Origin: Patescibacteria group bacterium
GTDB taxonomy: Bacteria; Patescibacteriota; Minisyncoccia; UBA6257; GWB1-50-10
Assembly (NCBI GenBank): GCA_023474215.1
Contig: JAMCYI010000006.1
Span: forward strand, 1,452 to 65,451
Direction: 5' to 3'
DNA: 64,000 nt
Below the pieces are notes generated by a model, which saw only the letters and a list, made by a program, of their open reading frames with translations, searched no databases and was not told the origin of the DNA. Below are positions 37,181 to 46,009 of this stretch, one piece after another. Within the stretch, counting starts at the first letter, position 1; the number at the start of each line of letters is the position of its first letter. The translations under genes were made by a program, and so were the position numbers.

Positions 37181-38632
37181 TCACTGACGCAAAAACTGAA
37201 GGAGAAGCGGAACCGGAGATCCGGTTGCGCCTTTTGATAGATAGTCGCCGTCGATGGATGTCATCCGCGGCGCCATGTCGATATGCACCCACGAGACTCC
37301 TTTGGCGAATTGCCACAGGAAGGCGGCGGCAGTGATCGCCCCGCCGTAACGGGTTTTTGCATCGTTCGCCACATCGCCGAACGTTCCCTTGATATCGTCT
37401 TCATATTCTTCCCAGAGCGGGAACGGCCATACATAATCGCCTGACAATTCTCCACTCTCGATGATCTGTTCTTGCGTTTTCTCGTCCGTCGCAAAAATCG
37501 CCGATGCACGCTGGCCGAGTGCAACCATCGCGGCGCCGGTCAAGGTTGCAATATCAACGACGAGTTCGGGATCATACCGCTTTGCATAATGGAGCGCGTC
37601 CGAAAGGATCACCCGGCCCTCCGCATCGGTATTCAAAACTTCGATGGTCTTCCCCGACATCGTTTTCAAAAGATCGCCCGGCCGATAGCTCGAACCGGAC
37701 GGCATGTTTTCCACGGACGGCACGAGGCCTACGATATTCTTTTTAAGCTTCAACCGCGCCGCCGCCGCGATCGTATGGATCACTGCCGCACCGCCCGACA
37801 TATCCATGTGCATCTCATAAATGCCGCTCGAAGGCTTCAGGTTCAATCCACCGCTGTCGAACGTCACGCCTTTTCCGATCAAAACGATCGGCTTCCCTTT
37901 CCCGCCTTTCAAATACTCCATGATGATGAATTTCGGTTTCTCGGACGAACCGCGCGCGACACCGAGAACGCCGCCCATCTTCAATCTCTTGATCTCGCTC
38001 TCCTGGAGCACTTTTACCTTGAAACCGGATCTCCTTCCTGCAGCGATCGCGGCTTGGGCTAAGACCGTCGGCGTCATATCGCCGCCCGGTGTGTTTGAGA
38101 GCTCCCTCGTTCCGTTCGTCTCTTCCCCGATGATCGTTCCTTCCTTCAACTGCTTCTCAATATCCGCTACGATCCGCCCCTTATCCGCGTATATCAGTAT
38201 CTCACGAACGAAGTTCCATCCGCCCTTCGGCTGCGTTTTGTATTTTACGAATTCGAAATTCGCCATCTCAAATTCCATGGCGGCAACCCGCGGTATGACG
38301 GCATCGAATTCCTTTTCACCCGTCCGGAAATCATCGATATTTATGACTATGCTCTTCAACCTATTCGCTTTGGCGATCGCAACAATCTTCCGCATAAGAA
38401 GCATCGATTTCCGGTGGTTGAATTTTTCCGGAACCTTGGCGAAGAGCATCTTTCTGCCCCCCGGCAGCGGGACAACGCGTTCCCCCTCTTTCAAGTTCTT
38501 TTCAATGTTCCTCACATACTCTTTTTCCTTAGCGCTCAACATGCCGAAAAACGGATGTTTTTCGACGTCTTGGCGTATCGCAAAAACCACATCGACGTTC
38601 TGCGGAATTTTTCCAGTTTGTTTGATAAGCAT
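37181..38632 (-). CDS. pepA: leucyl aminopeptidase, M17 family
   Basis: 'NTDAEGRVILSDAL' signature and overall M17 sequence. Confidence 0.85.
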   Translation of the reverse strand: MLIKQTGKIPQNVDVVFAIRQDVEKHPFFGMLSAKEKEYVRNIEKNLKEGERVVPLPGGRKMLFAKVPEKFNHRKSMLLMRKIVAIAKANRLKSIVINIDDFRTGEKEFDAVIPRVAAMEFEMANFEFVKYKTQPKGGWNFVREILIYADKGRIVADIEKQLKEGTIIGEETNGTRELSNTPGGDMTPTVLAQAAIAAGRRSGFKVKVLQESEIKRLKMGGVLGVARGSSEKPKFIIMEYLKGGKGKPIVLIGKGVTFDSGGLNLKPSSGIYEMHMDMSGGAAVIHTIAAAARLKLKKNIVGLVPSVENMPSGSSYRPGDLLKTMSGKTIEVLNTDAEGRVILSDALHYAKRYDPELVVDIATLTGAAMVALGQRASAIFATDEKTQEQIIESGELSGDYVWPFPLWEEYEDDIKGTFGDVANDAKTRYGGAITAAAFLWQFAKGVSWVHIDMAPRMTSIDGDYLSKGATGSPVPLLLQFLRQ

Positions 38633-38697
38633 ACATCAATTCTATCACTCTTTTTGATTAGAGTAATTAGATTAATTAGAAATTAGAATAATTTTTA

Positions 38698-40473
38698 CTA
38701 AGATACTTCCTTCTGGTAGCATTCCTCGCAGTATACGATCTCGGGGCGGTCGGGGGCGTAGGTCGATTCGAACTCGTTCGGACAATGGCCGTCGCCATGC
38801 GCGTGGGACACGGTATTTTGATACACGCCGTTCTCAGATCTCGTTCCGGCGCATTGGCACTTCCGATGCCAAAGATCCAACGGATTCCTCTTCCGCAGCC
38901 GGTCGAAATGCCGGCAGTTGGGGCAGAGGCGCGGCAAGGCGACGCCCATTTTTTGATAGAGCGACAGCTCTTCGGCCGTCATACGGAAAGCCGTCGTGCA
39001 CTGCTCCGTGCACTTGCCGGCATGAGCGCACTCAATGATATTTTTCAGGATGTTTTCATCCGCCGCTTTTATGTCGTCCGGGATATCGGCGTTCTTCATC
39101 GTTACCTGATAGTTCCTCCCTTCGGGGTCCTTCCATGCGTATCCTTTCGCGAGCGCTTCTTCTTTCGCGAGCGGGAAATATTCGATCGCAACCGTTTCGT
39201 TGTACGCGAAGGGCGAGAGGTCCGGCGGGAAGAACTCGCCATAGCCGTATGTTCTCCCCTTCTGGTCCACATACGGCATATCCTTCATATGCTGAATAAG
39301 CTTCGGAACCAGAGCTTCGTACTCTTCCTTGGCATATTGCTTGTTCAAAATGCAGTAGTGTTTATCCTTCATACCGACGCATCCGAAGAGATTCGAAGAA
39401 CGTTCGCAATTAATGGAATGGTAAATATCATTTCCATTAATGACGATCCATGATCCCACAATGCGGCTTCCGGGATAAATGCTCATCGAATTGTAGACCA
39501 GCTCGCTCTTCAGACCCATGTGGCTCGACGAATGGCTGTCCTTCGCGCCCGCCGCAACGAGGAACATGTCGCGGCAATCCTCCGTGCCGTCGAAGACCTC
39601 GAACGACCGGTGCACGTTCTTCGAATTGAAGATGTTGTCGCCGGTGCAATTGAGCGAATTGATGATGCGGTACGGCCGCACGATGTTTTTCAGGCGCTCT
39701 TTCGCGAACCGCTCTTTCGTTTCCGTAAGCGTCCGGTAGCTTCCGAGATTCATTTCGCCGACGAGCTTCTTGTATTCTTCCGGCGTCTTCCGCTCGCCGA
39801 AATAGTAATATTTCTGATTCCGCAGGTTCACCGATCCGAAGCAATCCGTGCAGCCGTTCAAATCGAATCCGAATTTCACGTCGACACAGTTGTTGAGGAA
39901 TCCGCCGAACGCCGATCGGGAACAATTCTCCGAATCGGTCAGCTCGTAGGAGAGCTCGGCCCGCGTCACCCAGTAGAGCTCCATCGCATTCTTGCAGTGG
40001 AAATTGAACGTCGCATGGAGGCAATCCTCGTTGAAATCGCCGCCGAAAACCATATAGCAATTCTTGTTGCTCTCGGTGAAATTGCAATATTCACTGTTGA
40101 CGCCGTTCCAGTTGTTGAGCGAAGCGAATGGCACGTCGTGCATTAGTTCCTTGATCTGCTGGAACAAGGGCCGCGAAAAATCAACGTCGCGTCCGTATTC
40201 GGTCGGGTCCCACGAATCGCCGTGCCAGACGCTCTGTTCGTATACCTTGAAATCCTTTTCCGGAGAATAAATGGAAAGGATGTCCTTGCCGGTCTTGGAA
40301 TCCTTCCGCCGGTAGAGGTTCCGCTCGTTGCGGAACGCCAAGCGCTGCTGAAGCCGGCAGTCGGGACAAAGCGTCTCTGCCGGCACCTTCATCATCTCGA
40401 AAAAGCTGAAATCGTCCGCTTCGAGCGTGAAATCTTGCTTGCAGTTTTGGCATTGCCGAATTTCCGAAGTCAT
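38698..40473 (-). CDS. Cys-rich multi-zinc-ribbon paralog family, member 1 of 10 (591 aa). Family not recognised.
   Basis: N-terminal CQNC..F.LE..DF.F...KVP..T.CPDCR.QQR.AFRNER.LY. Duplicated internal module '..CFGC..LR.K.YCILNKQYAKEEYEALVPKL'. C-terminal LCPNCRH..RL..RNP..LWHRKCQC...CPNEFE..YAPDRPE.VYCEECY. Confidence 0.6.
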   Translation of the reverse strand: MTSEIRQCQNCKQDFTLEADDFSFFEMMKVPAETLCPDCRLQQRLAFRNERNLYRRKDSKTGKDILSIYSPEKDFKVYEQSVWHGDSWDPTEYGRDVDFSRPLFQQIKELMHDVPFASLNNWNGVNSEYCNFTESNKNCYMVFGGDFNEDCLHATFNFHCKNAMELYWVTRAELSYELTDSENCSRSAFGGFLNNCVDVKFGFDLNGCTDCFGSVNLRNQKYYYFGERKTPEEYKKLVGEMNLGSYRTLTETKERFAKERLKNIVRPYRIINSLNCTGDNIFNSKNVHRSFEVFDGTEDCRDMFLVAAGAKDSHSSSHMGLKSELVYNSMSIYPGSRIVGSWIVINGNDIYHSINCERSSNLFGCVGMKDKHYCILNKQYAKEEYEALVPKLIQHMKDMPYVDQKGRTYGYGEFFPPDLSPFAYNETVAIEYFPLAKEEALAKGYAWKDPEGRNYQVTMKNADIPDDIKAADENILKNIIECAHAGKCTEQCTTAFRMTAEELSLYQKMGVALPRLCPNCRHFDRLRKRNPLDLWHRKCQCAGTRSENGVYQNTVSHAHGDGHCPNEFESTYAPDRPEIVYCEECYQKEVS

Positions 40474-40514
40474 ACGTTTATTTTACACTAAATCACCACT
40501 CCGGCCTAAAAGGA

Positions 40515-40598
40515 GCGAGCCAGATGCCTCCGCGAAGGCTAAGACTTGGGCGTCGCCCCGGAGACAGCCTGAGCGGAGGTATCCGGCGAGCGACAAAG
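40515..40598 (-). terminator. third copy of the conserved-core hairpin element (arms cctccgc/gcggagg), reverse orientation, 3' of array member 2, with a 'gctcgctccttttagg' tail on the minus strand
   Basis: Core is an exact reverse complement of the 15053..15093 core. Alternative pairing partner 'gcggagg' lies within the last codons of member 2. Confidence 0.55.
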
Positions 40599-42341
40599 TT
40601 ACACTACCTCCGCGTTATAGCACTCTTCGCAGTAGACCGTTTCTGGCCGGTCGGGAGCGAACGCCGTCTCAAATTCGTTCGGACACTTTCCCGAATGGCC
40701 GTGATTGGACTTATCGCACATGCAAGAGCGACGCCAGAGCTTGAGGGGCGTTCCCTGCTTCAGGCGCTCGTAGTGCCGGCAGTTCGGACAGAGATGCGGA
40801 AGCGGCAAATCCATCCTCCTCAAGAACTGCAACTCCGGAGCGATGATCCTGAACGCGCCCGTGCATTGCTCGCCGCATTTTCCTCCGTGAGGGCATTCAA
40901 TGATCTGATCCAGAATATCGTCTTCTACACCCTTAATATCGTCAGGCAATTCGCTCGCTTTCATTGAAACCGCATAATCTTTCGCCGCCGCGTTTTCCCA
41001 CTGATATTTCTCTTCCGCCGCTCCTTCCGCCGTCAGCGGGAAATACTCCTCAGCGATCGTCTCGTTGTACGCGAAGGGCGAGATCTCGATCGGGAAGAAC
41101 TCTCCGTATTTATATATTCTCCCCTTCTCGTCTGCATACGGCATCTCGTCCATGTGTTTTTTGATCTTCGGGATCAGGGCCTCGTATTCCTCCTTGGAGT
41201 ACTGCTTGTTCAGGATGCAAAAATCCTTTTTCCGCACGCCGACGCACCCGAAAAGATTGGACCCTCCCCGGCAGTAATCCGAATACTCCACGTTCACGAT
41301 ATTCTCGTAGGTATTCGAGGAGAAGAAATTGCGGGAATCGTGATAAGCGACATTGACCCCCTCGTAACTCAGTTCCCCGCCGTCCCCCGCGCCGTGGAGG
41401 TCCATGCAGTCCTTGATCTTGAGTGCCTGCGTGCAATACCGCAGGTTTTCGCATTCATCGATGTTGAACGATTTGAAAATGTTTTTGGAATTGATGATAT
41501 GGTTGCCGCTCACGTTCACAACCTTATTCGTGAACGCAAACCTCTGGATGGAATTCTTCTTCAGTTCGGCATACTCGCCCTTGAGCGACTCGATGGTTTT
41601 CGCACTCCCCAATCCTATCCTTTTCAGCCTTTCTTCGTAATCCTCTTTGGTAAGCTGTTCGCCCCGGAATACATATGATTTGTTTCTCAAATTGGACCCC
41701 ATGAAACAGCTCTTGCAGCCCGCGCAGTTGTACAGAAAATAAGAATCCATGCAGTCGCGGCAATTCTGGAGGTAGGCGGAATGGACCGCATGGTTGGTAT
41801 CCATAGATTCATAGCAAAATTCCGAATCGGTAACGACATTCGAGTCAAAGACGTCGCGATCGTGGAATGCTTTATGGCTGTAAGCGATATTTTCGGAATA
41901 AAAAGTCGAAGGCGCCATATAGACATCTTTCGAAAGCCACGTGAAATTGGAGTAGGGCGCATTCTGATTTTGAAGGCTTTCCAAGGCCAGACGGGGAACC
42001 TCCGCTAAAAGCTCCCGGAATTGCTCGAAGAACGGCTTCGAGAAATCGTAGTCGCGGCCGTACGACATGACGTCCCATTTATCGGAAAACCAGCAGTCGT
42101 AGCAGTGAACTTTAAACGGCCGGTCTCCGGAGTACATCGAGATGATGGATTTGCCGCAAAGATCGCACGTATCCTTGTACAAACTGCGTTCGTTCCGGAA
42201 CGCCATTCGCCGCTGCCGCCGGCATTCCGGGCACCAGGTTGGCGGAGGAACTTCGATCTTCTCGTAGAATGCGAAATCCTCCGGCTCAACCGTGAACTCT
42301 TTTTTGCAATTCTGGCAGGTTCTGGTTTCGGCTTTGGTCAT
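40599..42341 (-). CDS. Cys-rich multi-zinc-ribbon paralog family, member 2 (580 aa)
   Basis: Same architecture. The N-terminus MTKAETRTCQNCKKEF and the 5' flank are shared with member 7. Confidence 0.6.
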   Translation of the reverse strand: MTKAETRTCQNCKKEFTVEPEDFAFYEKIEVPPPTWCPECRRQRRMAFRNERSLYKDTCDLCGKSIISMYSGDRPFKVHCYDCWFSDKWDVMSYGRDYDFSKPFFEQFRELLAEVPRLALESLQNQNAPYSNFTWLSKDVYMAPSTFYSENIAYSHKAFHDRDVFDSNVVTDSEFCYESMDTNHAVHSAYLQNCRDCMDSYFLYNCAGCKSCFMGSNLRNKSYVFRGEQLTKEDYEERLKRIGLGSAKTIESLKGEYAELKKNSIQRFAFTNKVVNVSGNHIINSKNIFKSFNIDECENLRYCTQALKIKDCMDLHGAGDGGELSYEGVNVAYHDSRNFFSSNTYENIVNVEYSDYCRGGSNLFGCVGVRKKDFCILNKQYSKEEYEALIPKIKKHMDEMPYADEKGRIYKYGEFFPIEISPFAYNETIAEEYFPLTAEGAAEEKYQWENAAAKDYAVSMKASELPDDIKGVEDDILDQIIECPHGGKCGEQCTGAFRIIAPELQFLRRMDLPLPHLCPNCRHYERLKQGTPLKLWRRSCMCDKSNHGHSGKCPNEFETAFAPDRPETVYCEECYNAEVV

Positions 42342-42390
42342 TTGATCATTCGTATATTGAAAATTAAAAATTGTAAATTGAAAATTTTAA

Positions 42391-44133
42391 CTACACGACT
42401 TCGGCGTTGAAGCATTGTTCGCAATAGATGACCTCCTTCCTCTCGGGCGCGTAGCTCGTCTCGAACTCGTTCGGGCACGGTTTGCCTCCGTGGAAATGAG
42501 TTTTCAAATCACACATGCACGTACGGTGCCACAATTTCATGGGATTCCGCTGTTTCAAGCGTTCGTAGTGCCGGCAGTTCGGGCATAACCGAGGCAGGGA
42601 CAGATTCATCCGCTTATAGAATTGAAGTTCCTGGGGAGCAATCTTAAAGGCGCCGACACACTGATGGAGACATTTCCCCTCGTGCGCACACCCGATAACC
42701 TCGTTCACGATGGAGTCGGTGACGTCTTTGATATTGTCCGGAAGATCCCGAGAAAGAATGGTTGTTTTGTATTCCTTTATGTCTAGATCTTTCCACCGAT
42801 ATCCTCGGCTTATCGCTTCTTCCTTCATAAGGGGGAAATATTCCTGCGCGATGGTTTCGTTATAGGCGAAAGGAGAAATTTCCGGCGGAAAGAATTCACC
42901 GTAGCGGTATACTCTCCCCTTCTTGTCGATGTAAGGAACATCATTCATCTGTTTTATGATTTCCGGGATCAACTCCTCGTATTCTTCCTTCGCGTACTGC
43001 TTATTCAGGATGCAGTATTGCTTGCTTCGGAGACCGATACAGCCGAAACAATCATTACATCCGTGGCAGTTGTAACTGTAGAGAATATTCTTTCCGCCCC
43101 AAACGACAATGTCATTCACCAAACGATGAGCCTTCAGCCCAGAATCGATGATCTCGTAGCCCAATTCGAGGTCGCCCGGGCCATAACTGTCATAAATGTC
43201 ACTCATGACGACGCCGCCGTTCATGGTATATTTGCAATCTTTTGCGTTATCGAAAAGGTCGAAGCAAGACTTGCAGTTTTTTACGTTCGTCAAATTGTCG
43301 CCCGTCGAATCCGGCGCGTTTACCAAAAAAGCGAATTTGCGGATCGCTTTCAACTTAAGGGCATCAAAATCGCGCTTGAGCCGTTCGAGTTCTTGGTAAC
43401 TCCCCAGATTGAATTTTTTCAGTTCCCTTGCGTACCCCTCCGAAGAGTACTGCTTATTGAACATGCAATAACTCTTATTCCTCAAATTCGAACACCCGAA
43501 GCAGTTCGAGCATCCTTTGCAGTTATAGAGAAAATACGAATTGTTGCATGAATCGCAATTATCGGAAAAAAAAGTGCGGTACAATTTCATACCCGTGATG
43601 GTCTCGTAGCAAAGTTCGAGATAGGAGGACGACAAAACATCAAGGGAGTCCTTCGACATCCACGCTTTATTCGCATACATCACCCGCTCGTTCATCCACG
43701 AGCCGAACACCAGGTAGCAATCCTTGGAACGCCCGCTATGATTGGTGTATTCGCAGTTCTCGGACTGGGCATTGAAGATCGCCGGCATTGGCGCGCGTTC
43801 GAGAAGCAACCGGAATTGATCAAAGAACGTCTCCTTGAAATCATAGGGGCGGCCGGAACCAAGCGGGTCCCACTGATCGCTCCACCAAACATCACGATCA
43901 TACACCGTCACCTTGGCATCCGGCGAAAAGATAGAAATGACCCGTTTCCCCGTCAGGTCACAATTCCTCTGATAGAGCGAACGTTCATTCCGCCACGTCA
44001 TCTTGCGCATCAGGCGGCAATCCGGGCAGAAGGTCGGCGGCGGAACCTTGATCTTTTCATAGAAAGAAAGGTCCTCGGCTTCGATCGTGAACTCCCGGTG
44101 GCAATTCTGGCACGTCTTTTTCCTCGATTCCAT
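42391..44133 (-). CDS. Cys-rich multi-zinc-ribbon paralog family, member 3 (580 aa)
   Basis: Same architecture. Confidence 0.6.
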   Translation of the reverse strand: MESRKKTCQNCHREFTIEAEDLSFYEKIKVPPPTFCPDCRLMRKMTWRNERSLYQRNCDLTGKRVISIFSPDAKVTVYDRDVWWSDQWDPLGSGRPYDFKETFFDQFRLLLERAPMPAIFNAQSENCEYTNHSGRSKDCYLVFGSWMNERVMYANKAWMSKDSLDVLSSSYLELCYETITGMKLYRTFFSDNCDSCNNSYFLYNCKGCSNCFGCSNLRNKSYCMFNKQYSSEGYARELKKFNLGSYQELERLKRDFDALKLKAIRKFAFLVNAPDSTGDNLTNVKNCKSCFDLFDNAKDCKYTMNGGVVMSDIYDSYGPGDLELGYEIIDSGLKAHRLVNDIVVWGGKNILYSYNCHGCNDCFGCIGLRSKQYCILNKQYAKEEYEELIPEIIKQMNDVPYIDKKGRVYRYGEFFPPEISPFAYNETIAQEYFPLMKEEAISRGYRWKDLDIKEYKTTILSRDLPDNIKDVTDSIVNEVIGCAHEGKCLHQCVGAFKIAPQELQFYKRMNLSLPRLCPNCRHYERLKQRNPMKLWHRTCMCDLKTHFHGGKPCPNEFETSYAPERKEVIYCEQCFNAEVV

Positions 44134-44182
44134 ATTTTGTCTTAGGGTAATTAGGTTAATCAGAAATTAGAATAATTCGCCT

Positions 44183-45985
44183 TTATACTTTCTCCTTCTG
44201 GTAGCATTCGGCGCAATAAACAATATCGGGCCTCTCCGGTGCGAAGCTCGTCTCGAACTCATTCGAACAATGCCCATCGCCGTGTGCATGCTTCGAGAGA
44301 TTTGTATAGACGTAACTTGTTTCCTGCCCTGAGCCTGTCGAAGGGTCGCTTGCTGCTCCCCCACACTGGCATTTCCGATGCCACAGCTTGAACGGATTCC
44401 TTAATGCCAGGCGCTCGTAGTGCCGGCAGTTCGGACAGAGGCGCGGGAGGGGCAGGTTGAATTTGCGGTAGAAATCCAATTCTCCGGGAATGATTTTGAA
44501 GGCCTCGGTGCACTGATGGGTGCACTCACCCTTATGCGCACAGCCGATCACTTCTTTCAGAATATCGTCCGACACATCTTTGATGTGGTCGGGAAGATCT
44601 TCCGCTTCCACCGTGACGGCGTATTCCTTTTTTCCGAGATTCTTCCATACATACTTCTTCGAGAGTGCCTCTTCCTTTTTTAACGGGAAATATTCCTGCG
44701 CGAGGGTCTCGTTGTACGCGAAGGGTGATATTTCATGCGGGAAAAATTCGCCGTACGCGTATTTCCTTCCGGCTGCGTCCACGTACAGCGTTGCGTTCAT
44801 CTGTGCGATAATCTTCGGGACCAATGCTTCATATTCATTCTTGGAGTACTGTTTGTTCAAAATGCAGTATTCTCTGCTTCGCAAACCAACGCAGCCGAAG
44901 AGATGCGAGGAGGTGTGACAGCAATAGACGTATTGGACGTCATGGCAGCCGTGCGTATAAACGGTGAATTTGTAGTTCGACCCATTGATGCCTGAGTCGA
45001 CGCCTTCATACAGCAGTTCGCCGTTCGCCCCGAATCCGTACCCGTCGTATGAATCCTTGAGATCGATGGCGTGGATGGCGTATTTGGAATCCTCCGTTCC
45101 GCCGTAGCCGTCAAAACACTCTTTGCAGTTCTTGGCATCGCCGACATGGTCCCCCGTCGTACCAGCGCATCGGAGGAACGCCGCAAATTCCCGCGGAAAT
45201 TTGCGGTGGAATTCCTCGAACTCTTTCTTGAACGCTTCGAGATTCTGATAGCTTCCGAAATCGTATTTGGCCCGTTCTTTTTGGTATTCTTCTTTTGAGT
45301 ATTGCTCGTTGAAGATGCAGTATTGCTTGTTCCTCAAGTTGACGCATCCGAGCGAATTGTTCGTGTTGGTGCAATGCCGGAGGAACATCGAATCCATACT
45401 TTGTCCCGCATCGTACGAGAAAAACACCCGATTCAAGTTGTCAGAGAGCGTATCCTCATAGCAAAGCTCGGCCTTCAAATCATTGTAGAGATCCATCGAG
45501 TCCTTCCCTTCCACGATGCCACTCGAGAACGAAACGTTATCGCACTCATAGGAGGCATAGAGAAGATAGCAATCCTTCGAATCGGCATTGTGGTTCCCGT
45601 AATCGCTCCGTGTGACGTTGGTATTCGCGAGATTGGGAAGCGGCGCTTGGTGCAGGAGTTCTCTATACTGCTCAAAAAACGGACGCGAGAAATCATAGTC
45701 GCGGCCCGACTGGAGATTATCCCATTTGTCGCTCCACCAATAATCCCGATCGTAGACGACCATGTTGCTCTCAGGTGAGAACATCGTGAGAAATTCCTTT
45801 CCCGTCGCTGCACACTTCCCCTTGTAGAGCGTCCGCTCATTTCGCCACGTGAACCTCCTTTGCATCCGGCAATCCGGACAAAACGTGGGTGGTGGTACTT
45901 GAATCCTTTCATAGAAACTGAAATCCTCGGGTTCGATAACGAACTCTTTCTTGCAGTTTTGGCAGGTTTTCGATTCGGCAGCCAT
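44183..45985 (-). CDS. Cys-rich multi-zinc-ribbon paralog family, member 4 (600 aa)
   Basis: Same architecture. The C-terminus 'HAHGDGHCSNEFETSFAPERPDIVYCAECYQKEKV' and the 3' flank are shared with member 1. Confidence 0.6.
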   Translation of the reverse strand: MAAESKTCQNCKKEFVIEPEDFSFYERIQVPPPTFCPDCRMQRRFTWRNERTLYKGKCAATGKEFLTMFSPESNMVVYDRDYWWSDKWDNLQSGRDYDFSRPFFEQYRELLHQAPLPNLANTNVTRSDYGNHNADSKDCYLLYASYECDNVSFSSGIVEGKDSMDLYNDLKAELCYEDTLSDNLNRVFFSYDAGQSMDSMFLRHCTNTNNSLGCVNLRNKQYCIFNEQYSKEEYQKERAKYDFGSYQNLEAFKKEFEEFHRKFPREFAAFLRCAGTTGDHVGDAKNCKECFDGYGGTEDSKYAIHAIDLKDSYDGYGFGANGELLYEGVDSGINGSNYKFTVYTHGCHDVQYVYCCHTSSHLFGCVGLRSREYCILNKQYSKNEYEALVPKIIAQMNATLYVDAAGRKYAYGEFFPHEISPFAYNETLAQEYFPLKKEEALSKKYVWKNLGKKEYAVTVEAEDLPDHIKDVSDDILKEVIGCAHKGECTHQCTEAFKIIPGELDFYRKFNLPLPRLCPNCRHYERLALRNPFKLWHRKCQCGGAASDPSTGSGQETSYVYTNLSKHAHGDGHCSNEFETSFAPERPDIVYCAECYQKEKV

Positions 45986-46009
45986 ACTAAATACTATATA
46001 CCAAATACC

